From a virus, in the IMG/VR virus record IMGVR_UViG_3300045988_159115: a stretch of DNA of 64,000 bases; one strand, 5' to 3'. The translations under genes and the position numbers were made by a program. Shown here in pieces: positions 35,320 through 45,608 of this stretch. Numbering within the stretch: position 1 is the stretch's first letter; every line of letters begins with the position of its first letter. Under the pieces are notes generated by a model, which did no database searches, was not told the DNA's origin, and saw only the letters and a list, made by a program, of their open reading frames with translations.

Positions 35320-37308
35320 TTATGCAGTGAAGTTACGCTTATTCACATCAATCTCGATGATCACGCGCTTCATCAGGTTACGGAACTGCACAGAAACGTA
35401 GCAATGGACGATGGAACGCTCAGCCTCCCACTCGTTAGCATCAAAGATGATGCTCAGAGTGTCCAGACGAGAACCAATCCAGCTTGCGAACTTAGCATTT
35501 TCAGACTCAGAGAAGCGAGCACGATCCTCAGAAGAAGTGAAGTCGTACAGAGAATTCCAGCAGTCACGCTCAAGCTGCTTCTTCAGAGCAAACAGCGTGT
35601 TCATGTTATTCTCTTCCATCAGATCGGAATTCTCAGGCTGTGCAGTATTCTGAGCTGCACGCTGATAAGTATTCTCGTCGATGGTCTCGAAGTAATTGAA
35701 ACGGTTATTGTACAGAATCTCCTTGAACTCGTAGGACAGATCATCCACAGCGGGCTCCAGAGAATTCTTGATATGGCCAGACAGCTGGCAACGAGACTTG
35801 ACAAACGGCACCCAAGAACCGTAGTTCTTATAGTGCTTTGCCAGGCTCTGTGCATAGAAGTAGGTCACAGTGACCTCGCACTTCTTATTGGTGCCAGGAT
35901 CCTTCGTGGTATAGTGCTGGAACTCCTTAACCAGGTTACGAGTGTTGAACACTGCGTACTGATTGATGATCTCGCCCGGGACGAGCTTCGTCTCCTTATC
36001 CTTTTCGGAACCTGCTGTCTGAATCGCCAGCATCTTAGACTTGGTAGTCTCAGTGCCAGCGTCGATGTAAGCAAGGCAGCTCTCACGAGTATTGACCATT
36101 TCAGCCAGGATTTCCTTAGCCTCGAAGGGATAGTCAGCGTCGAGAATAGCATCACAGGGAGTACGACGATCAGACAGAATCGTATTGTCGTAAACACCAG
36201 AGAATGCATTCACGTAGCACTTAGTAGTTGCCTTAGCAACCGTATCCTCATCACCAGCGAAAGCACCATCGTCGCCACCCATCAGGGCAACACCCTGCAG
36301 ACGGTCGACATTGATGTCCTCAGTACCCTCAGCCTCAGAGATGATCTCGATGCTGTCGATCTTACCCATAGAGCCGGTCTCACCAACCTGATGGCCAGTG
36401 AAGATATCGAACTCATCTGCGGAATCAATCGGGCAGACACTACCCACGCCTTCCAGGAACTTCTTGTACTCGTCAAAGACGGCCTCGACGTTCTCATCGA
36501 AGACATGGATGTTCATCATAACAGCACCCTTCTCCTGATCATCGAGGATATCGTTGATCAGAGTCAGGCTCTTGTACTGAGTAGAGGACACCAGACCACC
36601 AACGTAGGTAGCATCAACATTGAAGGAATCTGCAGTGTTGATGGTCTCGAAGGTGTACATCATGATGCCGTAGTCCTTCTCGTACTGCAGGTTACGGGTG
36701 ATGCGCCAACGGTAGTTGTTACCATAGACACCACGACCGGACATGCAGAAGGTTGCGATCGGGACCTGCTTCCAATTGAGACCAGTCTTCTCGTCCTGCA
36801 CAGAATCCTTCACCAGGGTAGAGGCAGTCTTGTTGAGGTACTCAATGAAAGACTTTGTAGAAGAATTGACAGCTGCTGAGCCAGAAGCAACCTCGCCAAG
36901 GCCAGTCTTATCGAGATACTGAGAAGAATAGCGGATCTGCATCTTCTTCTCACCCTCGTCAAAACGATACTGCATCACCAGAATGCTGTTAGCATTCATT
37001 GCATCATCGGGCATAACACGCATACTGTAAACAGTTGCGGAGCCAGATGAAAGCATAGCGAGAGGCATCATCAGAGGCTGACCATACTTTGCGTAATTGG
37101 AATTACCATAAGTAGCAAGGAAGTCCTTAAGGTTATCCTTCACGAGAAGTACATTGTCGGGGCCCATACCAGAACGGAACACGCAGATGAACTTGTAGTT
37201 GTTATCTACGGCTGTACTAGCGGCGTCTTCAAACTGCGTATAATCATTGATATAAGTTTCTACATGAGAGTGCAGATACTTAGGCACGATTTGCGTGGCT
37301 TGGGGCAT
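35320..37308 (-). CDS. contractile tail sheath protein
   Basis: ATG at 37308 is 9 nt after AAGGAG. The N-terminal pattern KFICVFRSGMGPDNVLLVKD..FLATYGNSNYAKYGQPLMMPLAMLSSGSATVYSMRV parallels the T4 gp18-type sheath (..G.GP....V.....TFG......Y......L..G....VVRV). The size is about 660 aa. Confidence 0.65.
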   Translation of the reverse strand: MPQATQIVPKYLHSHVETYINDYTQFEDAASTAVDNNYKFICVFRSGMGPDNVLLVKDNLKDFLATYGNSNYAKYGQPLMMPLAMLSSGSATVYSMRVMPDDAMNANSILVMQYRFDEGEKKMQIRYSSQYLDKTGLGEVASGSAAVNSSTKSFIEYLNKTASTLVKDSVQDEKTGLNWKQVPIATFCMSGRGVYGNNYRWRITRNLQYEKDYGIMMYTFETINTADSFNVDATYVGGLVSSTQYKSLTLINDILDDQEKGAVMMNIHVFDENVEAVFDEYKKFLEGVGSVCPIDSADEFDIFTGHQVGETGSMGKIDSIEIISEAEGTEDINVDRLQGVALMGGDDGAFAGDEDTVAKATTKCYVNAFSGVYDNTILSDRRTPCDAILDADYPFEAKEILAEMVNTRESCLAYIDAGTETTKSKMLAIQTAGSEKDKETKLVPGEIINQYAVFNTRNLVKEFQHYTTKDPGTNKKCEVTVTYFYAQSLAKHYKNYGSWVPFVKSRCQLSGHIKNSLEPAVDDLSYEFKEILYNNRFNYFETIDENTYQRAAQNTAQPENSDLMEENNMNTLFALKKQLERDCWNSLYDFTSSEDRARFSESENAKFASWIGSRLDTLSIIFDANEWEAERSIVHCYVSVQFRNLMKRVIIEIDVNKRNFTA

Positions 37309-37346
37309 ATCGCTCAACTCCTTTTCTTGAATATTTAATCATTCAG

Positions 37347-37363
37347 ATTAGATAAATGTAACG
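37347..37363 (-). promoter_or_regulatory. TACA-N6-TAAT motif (CGTTACATTTATCTAAT)
   Basis: 38 nt upstream of the sheath start. GTTACATTT is shared with the copy upstream of the MCP candidate. Confidence 0.5.
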
Positions 37364-37408
37364 GAAAGCAAGGGATTGCCTATGCTTTTCGTAGCAAAGC
37401 TGTAAGCT

Positions 37409-38134
37409 TCAAAACTTAATAATCTGTTCCACCGGCGAGATAGTCTCCTGTGTATGATTTCTAGAACGATTCAGGGATGCTGTGATCATGCTATCCATAT
37501 CCTCATATGTCAGTGCGGTAAACGTGGAGTTATACTGGCAAATCTGACGAATTGAAGCTGTCGCATAATCATAATCACCCGCAGTATCAGCAACCATAGA
37601 GAATTTCTGACTAAGGTCATTCGGATTACGGTTCATTGTTGCGAGAACCAGTTCCAGATAACAGGAAGGGACACCGAAGTAAACTCCATTTAACGCCATA
37701 TTCTTTCGCCACATCAGAAGAAGCTGAGAATATGGTATGACGGACGGAAGATTACCACCAGTGATATATTTCAGATAAGCCTTCGCATATTCTTCTTCTT
37801 GGAAGATAGCAGAAGACATGACTTTTGCACCCTTTAGGTATTTGATAACCTTACAAGGTTGAGTCTTTCCATCTGATAAAGTTACATCACGTGTTTCGGA
37901 ATCGTATACATTGATGGTGATCATGGTAGGAAGATTCATGGTTCGCATGGCAGTCATCTTACCATTACCATCAAATACGCCGACATTAAAAATGCCGAGA
38001 GTCTTGATTGTTTCGTTATTATCTTCTGCGAAACTATTTACTTTCGACGCATCAAAAAAATACATCGGAATATAAAATTCGCAGTAAGGAGCATCCAAAT
38101 AAATATTGGTTCCATCACTACGGAATACACCCAT
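37409..38134 (-). CDS. hypothetical virion-module protein (241 aa)
   Basis: SD AAAGGAG; ACA-N6-TAAT motif at 38200-38216. Confidence 0.65.
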   Translation of the reverse strand: MGVFRSDGTNIYLDAPYCEFYIPMYFFDASKVNSFAEDNNETIKTLGIFNVGVFDGNGKMTAMRTMNLPTMITINVYDSETRDVTLSDGKTQPCKVIKYLKGAKVMSSAIFQEEEYAKAYLKYITGGNLPSVIPYSQLLLMWRKNMALNGVYFGVPSCYLELVLATMNRNPNDLSQKFSMVADTAGDYDYATASIRQICQYNSTFTALTYEDMDSMITASLNRSRNHTQETISPVEQIIKF

Positions 38135-38199
38135 TGGTAAGTTTCTCTCCTTTCGGCAAAATAGGACTAATAGAAGACATGGAAAATATCTAGTCTTCT

Positions 38200-38216
38200 A
38201 TTAGTCCTTTGTTTTT
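38200..38216 (-). promoter_or_regulatory. ACA-N6-TAAT motif (AAAAACAAAGGACTAAT)
   Basis: Overlaps the 5' arm of the hairpin at 38171-38215; upstream of 38134. Confidence 0.5.
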
Positions 38217-38236
38217 AGGTCATATTTGTACTGGGA

Positions 38237-39952
38237 TTAGTCTTCGTCAGTCTTGACGAAATCTTCCAGTTCCCAGCACTTCAGTTCATTGGTTGCTGCA
38301 ACGATATAGCCAGTCTTAAACTGCTTCTTTGTAGCAGAGCCAGAAGATGCAAGCTGGAGAACAGTCACAACGCCGACGTTATCTTCGACGAGATGACCGT
38401 CGCGTGAATCATAGAAAGAATACTCACCGTGAGTATTGGGGATGTAAAGATCACCGTAGCTGTCTGCATAGACGCGGACACCAGTCAGATCTCGATTGGG
38501 GTTGACAGACGGATCACGAACTGTAACGATCATGGGAGCATCATCACCATCGGTAGAAGTTTCCTCTTCGTCGACCTTTTCAACAGGAGTCTCCTCAACG
38601 ACGTCCTCTGCATCAGCAGTAACGTCATCAATATCGACGGGCTCAGGAATATCCTCGGAAGTTGTCTCCACAGGAGCGGATTCTTCGGCCGGCTGAACTT
38701 CCTCCTCATTATGAGTATTATCGCCGAGATCAATCTCCTCAATGGAGTCAATCAGAGGCTCGCCTGTAGTAACCTCGCTCTTGACATCGTCAATGAGATC
38801 ATTCAGAGCATCTTCATCGGCCTTCTTCTGGTCAGCAATTACCTGATCCAGATGCTTCTTCAGATCAGGAAGCTCCATCTTCACGACGTCATCAGTCAGA
38901 TGACCACCATGAGCAACGATGGAATCACACAGAGCCTGACGGAACTGTGCTTCAGTCTCCTGACGCTGAGCAACACGTGCAGGATGGAGAGGAGATGCAA
39001 CATTCTTTTCCTTCATGATATCAATGAAGGGCATGAAGTTATCATCGGTCTTCTTGATGAATTCGATGAATTCAGCTTCTTCCTCAGGAGTAGAGAAACG
39101 ATGATAAACCAGATTGTGAATCTGGACAAGAATTGCCTGGCAGAACAGATTATCTTCCTTACGGGTAGTATCTGCATAAGAGATGAAACGCTCGACCAGG
39201 AAGAAGAAAATTCCGTTCAGAGGATAATACTCTTCGGGGAGGAACATCTCCTCCAGATTCACAAACATCTTGTAAATCTGCTGAGTATAGCCAAGACGCT
39301 TGAAGCGAACATCGAACTTCTTCTTGATCAGAGAACTACGCTTTGCATCGAAGTAAGTATTGATAATGTTCTTGACCTCAGAGTTGCCAAACTTATAGAT
39401 GCGATCGGTCAGGAAAGAGAAATCCTCACGCTTCTTGAGGGTATTCAGAATCTTCTGAACACGCTCCTTCTCGACCGGATCGGTTTCCTCATCACACTTC
39501 TTCTGAAGTTCTGCGATGCTATCCTTACGACGCTTTGCGCTGTTTGCAGAGTCATAAGTCTTCTCTGCAATACTCTTCATCTCTTCCATCAGGCCATCAC
39601 GCTCTTTCACAGCGTCATTGTACTTCTGAATGGTATCCTGAAGAGAAGTGAAAATGGAAATGCAGTACTCGGTGAAATTCATAGTCTTAGTCTTCTCGTC
39701 CGAGTTCTCACGAGAGGCTTCGATGTCGCTGTGCTTACTCTTGGTAAACGCAACGATCTTATCCACGCCATCTGCGGAAAGATTCTTCACATCCTCAGCA
39801 GTCATTTTGCCAAGGACATCACGCAGACGGTCACCAAAGCCAAACTGCTTAATGCTGTCACGAATGGTCTCATCAAAGGTCTTGATGGTATCATTCATCA
39901 TGCCAATGTACTGACGGGCTTCATCCATAGTAGATTTTACTGATTTAGACAT
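38237..39952 (-). CDS. hypothetical protein with acidic C-terminal region (571 aa)
   Basis: ATG at 39952 with AAAGGAAA upstream. The longer ORF, up to 40078, lacks an SD. Confidence 0.65.
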   Translation of the reverse strand: MSKSVKSTMDEARQYIGMMNDTIKTFDETIRDSIKQFGFGDRLRDVLGKMTAEDVKNLSADGVDKIVAFTKSKHSDIEASRENSDEKTKTMNFTEYCISIFTSLQDTIQKYNDAVKERDGLMEEMKSIAEKTYDSANSAKRRKDSIAELQKKCDEETDPVEKERVQKILNTLKKREDFSFLTDRIYKFGNSEVKNIINTYFDAKRSSLIKKKFDVRFKRLGYTQQIYKMFVNLEEMFLPEEYYPLNGIFFFLVERFISYADTTRKEDNLFCQAILVQIHNLVYHRFSTPEEEAEFIEFIKKTDDNFMPFIDIMKEKNVASPLHPARVAQRQETEAQFRQALCDSIVAHGGHLTDDVVKMELPDLKKHLDQVIADQKKADEDALNDLIDDVKSEVTTGEPLIDSIEEIDLGDNTHNEEEVQPAEESAPVETTSEDIPEPVDIDDVTADAEDVVEETPVEKVDEEETSTDGDDAPMIVTVRDPSVNPNRDLTGVRVYADSYGDLYIPNTHGEYSFYDSRDGHLVEDNVGVVTVLQLASSGSATKKQFKTGYIVAATNELKCWELEDFVKTDED

Positions 39953-40314
39953 TTGCTGATTTCCTTTCTTTGGTAAGTTACCATAGTTAATAGCTTGTGC
40001 TTCGTATGATATAATAAAATACCTATAGCAAAACACTTGTGTAAATTGAGCATGGATATGTGGACTTGTATTACACATCGCTTAACAGTGAACGTCTCCC
40101 CAAAACGAAATCATCAAGGATTCCTTTTTTCTGCTACATTCGTTTGCACCATTTTTCCTCCATATGAATATTCCTTAAGTGTATCAGTTGACGCAGTGAT
40201 TTCATTCCAGAAGGTCTTTTCTCAGGGTTTCGGCATTTGTTGTTTCATGATTTTCCGCCTTGGTGACACTTCGACTTGTTCACTCGTGTAATATCATATC
40301 ATGCTCAGTTTAAT

Positions 40315-40355
40315 TAAGACACCGACTACTTGTTGATTGAGTAGTCGGTGTCTTA
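40315..40355 (-). terminator. hairpin downstream of terL
   Basis: 14-bp stem AAGACACCGACTAC / GTAGTCGGTGTCTT; no clear T-run. Confidence 0.5.
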
Positions 40356-40362
40356 TTAGTCG

Positions 40363-42564
40363 TTAGAATCCGTTAAGGAAATCAAAAGAAGAAAGAGAAT
40401 TAGAAGAAGGTTGGTCTTGGCCTACTCCCATCCCATTCATCTCATCGAAGAAACTCATGTCGATGCTACGATCGTCATAAATTTCTTCAAGCTGTTCATC
40501 TTGAGATTTATCAAGAGTTGGATTTTCAACGAGACCCTTTCTATGAAGCTCAAGGGATTCTCTCTGAGATTTAATCAATGCTTGGCGCATAATCTCAGCA
40601 TAATCATTCTCTTTACGGACTCTTTCCTGCTTCTTCATAGCCTGAATAGTTTCAGCAGGAAGGATGCCAGAATTCTCAATATCTTCCACAGAACGCTTGA
40701 GACCTTGATTTTGGTTATCAATGTCCTTGGCACCTTTCACGATTCCGAAAGCAGTAAGATTATTTCCATGATACCACACATACATACCGATGAGGTAAGA
40801 CATTATAGAGTCATCGTGGAAGGTAGGGCCAGCCTCGATCTTTCCTGATCTAGTTTGAACTAGATGTGCAATATCTTCAGTGATGTTCTTTGTAACGAAG
40901 TCATCTTTGAATTCTGCCATGCGGCGGAAAAGGATAGCAAACATGTCTTCACGAGATTGATTATTCGTATAGACGCCGTAATGCTTCTTTTGATCACCCT
41001 GACGCTTCAGCATGCTAACCACGTTAGATTCATCTGCAAGATTTTCTTCGACCAGATCCTTATTCTTATCAAAATAGAGATTGGATCGAATGGGAGAATT
41101 CAGCAAATGATCAATGATACCATCACCGACGGAGTTTCTCTCGATGATAATACATGCTCTTGGAATATGCTGCTGAACCAATTCCATGATGAGCTTTTCA
41201 AACATCGTCTCGCCGATATATGGACATTTGAATTCTGCATCAGGTCTCACAGTATAGGGGTTGATGATAGTGATGGCATTAGAGTCTCCATTGGTACCAG
41301 TAGAGCAGTCGATGCTGACAAGGTATGGTGTGAGACGTTCAAGCTTTCTATAGATATCGAAACGGAAATGCTCCAAGATATACATCTCATCAATGACAGG
41401 CTGAATCATAGAAGAGATATATTCGATATCTTCCTGATCGAACGGAGAATCAGAACTACCACGAATTCTCTGAAGAAGAATCTCACGCTTGACAACGATA
41501 GGATTCTGAATCTTATTGTACATATTCCGAAGCCACTCGTCAGTTAGACCAAGCTGCTTGTAGGAATACTCTACGTAAACGATTCCGTTACCACCGTTAT
41601 TCTTTACGTACTGGAGAAGTTCATTATTCTCATCATTTGTCGGATCATATCGCATATCATACATATGCTCAGTCCATTTCGTTGTATGAGAAAGAATCTC
41701 CTGTGCTTCTTGTCCCATGGAGGTATCCAAGTCACCTGGAGTACAAGAGAAGGCCCGGCAATAGATCGCTCCGTTTTTCTTAGCGTTTCGAGATGCAGTT
41801 TCAAAGGTTGACACTGAGTTCTCGATAATCGTTTTGATATATGGAGTAAACTCAGGCTCGTCGAAATGCAGAATAGGAGAAGTAAGACCACGAGCCAGAG
41901 ACAGTGCGGATTCGTAAGATGTTGCCTTTGGCTTGATGATGATTCTGTTCTTTGTGATAGGGTGCTTCATAGAAGTAGCATTGCGAGTTGCTTTTGTGAT
42001 TTTCACCTTACCACTCTGATCGTCTTCTTCCAGAATCTGATCGAAACGAAGATACTCAGGAAGACAATCAATGATATCTTTCAGACGTTGCAAGTTTTCC
42101 TTTGCGTTACTACTATCTTTATTAACGAAAATAAAGGTAGAGTTATTGGTACCGAAAGAATATGCCCATGATAGAAGACAGAGAAAAGAAATTGTCTTGC
42201 CTTGCTGACGAGGAAGACATAACCAGGAATCAACACCATGCAAAGTTAACCACGTCTGTGCAATATTGCCACGATTGGCTTTGAACGGAACACCGACACC
42301 ACCTTGATCAGGAATACGACAGACTTCTCGGAGATAATACCATGGATTACGAGTACACTCCATCATGATTCGAGAGATTTGATCTCGAGTCAGATTTTCA
42401 TTGTATGGATCGACTCCAACCAGAGTATAGTCCACAATTTCCAGCATGAAATAGTAATTGTGGATTCCAAGTTGCTTCAAATCTTTTGCAACTTGAAGGA
42501 AACTCTTATTGGTTGTGCCCGTATCATAGTATTTATTTCCGATTCGTTTAATACGACTTGCCAA
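40363..42564 (-). CDS. terminase large subunit
   Basis: TTG start 8 nt after GGAGGTG. Walker A-like CLPRQQGKT, Walker B-like ILHFDEPEF, and a nuclease-domain acidic motif SIDCSTGTNGDSNAITIINP. Length 733 aa. Confidence 0.8.
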   Translation of the reverse strand: MASRIKRIGNKYYDTGTTNKSFLQVAKDLKQLGIHNYYFMLEIVDYTLVGVDPYNENLTRDQISRIMMECTRNPWYYLREVCRIPDQGGVGVPFKANRGNIAQTWLTLHGVDSWLCLPRQQGKTISFLCLLSWAYSFGTNNSTFIFVNKDSSNAKENLQRLKDIIDCLPEYLRFDQILEEDDQSGKVKITKATRNATSMKHPITKNRIIIKPKATSYESALSLARGLTSPILHFDEPEFTPYIKTIIENSVSTFETASRNAKKNGAIYCRAFSCTPGDLDTSMGQEAQEILSHTTKWTEHMYDMRYDPTNDENNELLQYVKNNGGNGIVYVEYSYKQLGLTDEWLRNMYNKIQNPIVVKREILLQRIRGSSDSPFDQEDIEYISSMIQPVIDEMYILEHFRFDIYRKLERLTPYLVSIDCSTGTNGDSNAITIINPYTVRPDAEFKCPYIGETMFEKLIMELVQQHIPRACIIIERNSVGDGIIDHLLNSPIRSNLYFDKNKDLVEENLADESNVVSMLKRQGDQKKHYGVYTNNQSREDMFAILFRRMAEFKDDFVTKNITEDIAHLVQTRSGKIEAGPTFHDDSIMSYLIGMYVWYHGNNLTAFGIVKGAKDIDNQNQGLKRSVEDIENSGILPAETIQAMKKQERVRKENDYAEIMRQALIKSQRESLELHRKGLVENPTLDKSQDEQLEEIYDDRSIDMSFFDEMNGMGVGQDQPSSNSLSSFDFLNGF

Positions 42565-42684
42565 TTGATAATCACCTCCTAATGATTATCAATACGTCTA
42601 ATCTGTAAAATAGAAGATAGTAATGAGTATGAAAAACCCATTACTATCTTCTTCTATTTGATCTATAATCAATACTGATTATAG

Positions 42685-42696
42685 TTATATATTATA
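42685..42696 (+). promoter_or_regulatory. early-type promoter motif TTATATATTATA
   Basis: Oriented toward 42750-42929. Confidence 0.6.
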
Positions 42697-42749
42697 TATG
42701 TGAGCGCAATTAGGATGATGGCTGTAATGTGAAAAGGAGGTATACTTAT

Positions 42750-42929
42750 ATGCATATAAGTTACAACCCTTTAACAGCGCTCACATATAAGGCTCTGAAT
42801 CCTGGAATTTGGGTAGACTCAACCTCTCCCATTGAATGGATTCAGAATGATTCTCAGTATACTATTAGCGTCCGAAAGACCGTTGACGTTACTGAGGATC
42901 CGGCTACCGTCACCGTTATTGACGGATAA
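42750..42929 (+). CDS. hypothetical small protein (59 aa)
   Basis: SD AAAGGAGG; early-type promoter at 42685-42696; terminator at 42934-42989. Confidence 0.55.
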   Translation: MHISYNPLTALTYKALNPGIWVDSTSPIEWIQNDSQYTISVRKTVDVTEDPATVTVIDG

Positions 42930-42933
42930 CTAA

Positions 42934-42989
42934 ACAAAGGTTAGGACGAGCCAGTCAGAAATCGGCGATGACTCCTAACCTTTCTTTTT
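42934..42989. terminator. bidirectional terminator
   Basis: AAAGGTTAGGA / TCCTAACCTTT followed by a T-run. Confidence 0.65.
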
Positions 42990-43003
42990 TGTAGTCGTGA
43001 TTA

Positions 43004-44251
43004 TTAACCTTCATAACCGGTAGGATACTGAATGTTAATGCCGTACTTCACTTCAGGAAGTTTCTTATTGATTGCTGCAAGACGATAGTTATCCAGAGTC
43101 TCACGCATCTTAACGAGAGTATCTCTGGTGTGAGGAATCACATAATTCGGATTCTTGCTATCAATCAGAGCAATGTAATAGTCGATCACATCGAGCTTTG
43201 AGTAAATATATGAGACGACCATGATCTTATCATCATTCGTCTTAATATTATTCACCTCAAGACCGATATAATCAATTTCCATTGGATCAATTTTTTTCAT
43301 ACGATGAATTCTACCGGGAATGGTGAATTCATTATAGTTGGAAGCCTCTTCCACGATATGATCCAGAGTATCGTGGATATAGTTGTAATGCTTCTGACTC
43401 TGAGCATGAGCATTCTTATGAAGGAATGACTCTCCAATAAATCTCTGAGTAAGAGCATCGAGAGCCTCTCGAGTGATACGACTCGGAGTATGAGCAATCA
43501 TCGTCATATAGTTCTTCCGAACGATATGATCCTGACGCTTCATTAGGTTATTGACAGTATCAACTGAGAATCCCATCAGAGTTGCCATCTCTTCATCAGG
43601 AGTAATATCAGAAGAACCGACAAAGCCAATGATCTTATCAATAGCAGAATTCAGATAAGTACCATAACCACAGGCGATGCTGTACTTATCTGCACGGATT
43701 TCACGCTTCAGACTTTCCTCATGACGATTAAATGCACCAGCATTCAGAATAGGAATACTGATTGCTTTTGCAAAGAGAGAATTCTGAGTAACTGCCTTAG
43801 ACACACGATCCGCAGTCGCCATCTGCATCTTCAGAACTTTGCACATCCGCATAGGAGTAGCAGAATCTTCTACAGCATGACCTACTTCGTGGAGAATCAG
43901 AGCAGTCAGCTCTTTCTCGCTAAGGCCGCATTTATCAGAGAGAATCCGATCGTCAATTTCAATGACCCAAGCGCCACTCTTCTTCCAGATACTTACAATC
44001 TCAGCATCAGGTTTCTGCTTGATGATTGCATCTACGAGAAGGTCAACGGTTTTCGGATCAGGATAGATGCTCATAACGTCACAAGCGTCACTCATCTTTT
44101 TCGGATGAGTCACTTCCACTGTAACATTTGCGCCGAGAAGACTTTTAATAGCATCACCAATCTTCCCAGCAGAGCGAAGATCGCTACTACTGTCTTTCAG
44201 ACCAGAGAAACCATTTTCGATGTCAAGTAAAGCATCGTTATTGATCTTCAT
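43004..44251 (-). CDS. putative zinc metallopeptidase (HExxH)
   Basis: LTALILHEVGHAVED motif. ATG at 44251 with AAAGGAAAG upstream. ACA-N6-TAAT motif at 44292-44306. Confidence 0.5.
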   Translation of the reverse strand: MKINNDALLDIENGFSGLKDSSSDLRSAGKIGDAIKSLLGANVTVEVTHPKKMSDACDVMSIYPDPKTVDLLVDAIIKQKPDAEIVSIWKKSGAWVIEIDDRILSDKCGLSEKELTALILHEVGHAVEDSATPMRMCKVLKMQMATADRVSKAVTQNSLFAKAISIPILNAGAFNRHEESLKREIRADKYSIACGYGTYLNSAIDKIIGFVGSSDITPDEEMATLMGFSVDTVNNLMKRQDHIVRKNYMTMIAHTPSRITREALDALTQRFIGESFLHKNAHAQSQKHYNYIHDTLDHIVEEASNYNEFTIPGRIHRMKKIDPMEIDYIGLEVNNIKTNDDKIMVVSYIYSKLDVIDYYIALIDSKNPNYVIPHTRDTLVKMRETLDNYRLAAINKKLPEVKYGINIQYPTGYEG

Positions 44252-44291
44252 GGTGATCACTTTCCTTTCTTTTAATAATAGGATTGCTACG

Positions 44292-44306
44292 ATTAGTGTA
44301 TTGTCA
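44292..44306 (-). promoter_or_regulatory. ACA-N6-TAAT motif (TGACAATACACTAAT)
   Basis: 41 nt upstream of the HExxH gene, directly after a terminator. Confidence 0.45.
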
Positions 44307-44360
44307 TTAGGGTAAAACAACGGATATCTTACCGAAATTGATAAGATATCCGTTTATAGT

Positions 44361-44912
44361 TTACAGCAGTTCGAGCTCGATGGTATCGTCGTCGACAACA
44401 GTGACCTTGGAATACTTAAGAGCGTCGATGCGAGCATTGGTATCATCGACACGATCGTCGACGGCATCAATCTTCGCAGTAGCATCATTGAACTTCAGGT
44501 CAAGCTGTGCCTTATTATACAGATCATCCAGCTTCGTCATGAATGCATCGGTAAAGTCGTTAGCAGACAGGCCCTTGCCTTCCACCTTATCAACCTTACC
44601 ACCAGCAATTTCCTTCAGAGCCTTATACTCATCCTGGTGGGTAGAGATATACTGGCTGATTTCAAGCAGTGTATCGTAGGCTTCAGGAGCGTCGTGAACA
44701 AGGTTGTTGAACTTGCTCTCGAGCTCTGTCAGCTTACTACCATCACCCTTGGATTCAACCGCGGCCTTCAGGTTCTTGAGTTCGTCAGTAAGTGTCACGT
44801 CGTCCATGGTGTAGACAACGTCGGTAACCGTCTTGAACATCAGGTCATAGACGATGTTACCGATCTTCTTCTTAAAGACAGCACTCTTCATATTCAGAAT
44901 AGGATCAGCCAT
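44361..44912 (-). CDS. tail-fibre-like protein (183 aa)
   Basis: DAPEAYDTLLEISQYI and KVDKVEGKGLSANDFTDAFMTKL are the APEALDTLxEL and GKGLSxNDFT motifs recurrent in phage fibre proteins. ACA-N6-TAAT motif at 44963-44979. Confidence 0.6.
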   Translation of the reverse strand: MADPILNMKSAVFKKKIGNIVYDLMFKTVTDVVYTMDDVTLTDELKNLKAAVESKGDGSKLTELESKFNNLVHDAPEAYDTLLEISQYISTHQDEYKALKEIAGGKVDKVEGKGLSANDFTDAFMTKLDDLYNKAQLDLKFNDATAKIDAVDDRVDDTNARIDALKYSKVTVVDDDTIELELL

Positions 44913-44962
44913 AGTTAAGAGATCACCCTTTCTTTAGACTAATAATAGTATTCGCGAGTACC

Positions 44963-44979
44963 ATTAGTCATTTGTTTTT
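44963..44979 (-). promoter_or_regulatory. ACA-N6-TAAT motif (AAAAACAAATGACTAAT)
   Basis: Overlaps the TAA stop of 44978-45175; 51 nt upstream of the fibre-like gene. Confidence 0.5.
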
Positions 44980-45175
44980 AGGAGCCCTCATGGATCAATT
45001 TTATCGCTGAATAAATACAAAAAATAGCAAGAGCCAATACTGCAAGAATGCAGTACCAACCAAATTTACAGAGTTTAAAAATGTTGCAACTGCTAATCAT
45101 AACAACGAGTGCTGCGATACTAGCAATTGCAACGATTGTGTACATAAATAACCATCCACCATAATTCTTATTCAT
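44978..45175 (-). CDS. small two-helix membrane protein (65 aa)
   Basis: SD GGAGG; two hydrophobic helices. Confidence 0.55.
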   Translation of the reverse strand: MNKNYGGWLFMYTIVAIASIAALVVMISSCNIFKLCKFGWYCILAVLALAIFCIYSAIKLIHEGS

Positions 45176-45276
45176 TTTTCTATGATCCTCCGTCTTCTTG
45201 TGATTAATTTGGTGTTTTCATCTCAATGAGAAGAAAAAAGCAGAGCCAACTTTTTAGGTTGGATGCTTTTTCTTTT

Positions 45277-45567
45277 TCAGCGAGAGAGATTCTCGCTGAA
45301 CTTCTTGTACTGCTCCTTGGTGGTATTACCAAGGGAGCCAATCTTTGCGATGACCGCAATGTCAGCGACCATCACAAAGATGTTGATGATGTAGAGCATG
45401 GTGCTCCAGAACGTAATGTCGTTCAGACTCTGCTCAATACCAAGAGCAAAGCCATCGCGCATTGCGTACATCACGAAGTTAGAGAACGGGCTGATCGTGA
45501 TAGCTGCGCAAACGATAACGATTGCAGTGGTGATCTTTTTCAGATTCAGAAATTCATTGTAAGTCAT
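45277..45567 (-). CDS. small membrane protein (96 aa)
   Basis: SD AAAGGAG; two hydrophobic helices. Confidence 0.55.
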   Translation of the reverse strand: MTYNEFLNLKKITTAIVIVCAAITISPFSNFVMYAMRDGFALGIEQSLNDITFWSTMLYIINIFVMVADIAVIAKIGSLGNTTKEQYKKFSENLSR

Positions 45568-45608
45568 GGTATTTTTCTCCTTTTGTTTTTAACGACGTGT
45601 GTGTTTTC

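Noticed and set aside
35260-36879. Very long antisense ORFs. These include 35260-36879 (plus, 539 aa), 46417-48030 (plus, 537 aa), 38429-39943 (plus, 504 aa), 10735-11850, 26913-28010, 32254-33414, 3508-4476, 2578-3480, 28233-29069, 59513-60406 and 5355-6056.
   Set aside because: They are shadow frames of strongly codon-biased genes on the other strand, which carry SD sites and recognisable motifs. The shadow ORFs have no SD and improbable Leu/Ser/Val/Ile/Cys-rich composition, and they overlap better-supported genes entirely.
40037-40291. ORF 40037-40291 (plus strand, 84 aa) and similar isolated intergenic ORFs (12694-12936, 14045-14428, 21741-22496, 51795-52196).
   Set aside because: They have no SD. 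They lie antisense to or overlap better-supported genes or leaders, and their composition is hydrophobic or low-complexity, typical of AT-rich noise.
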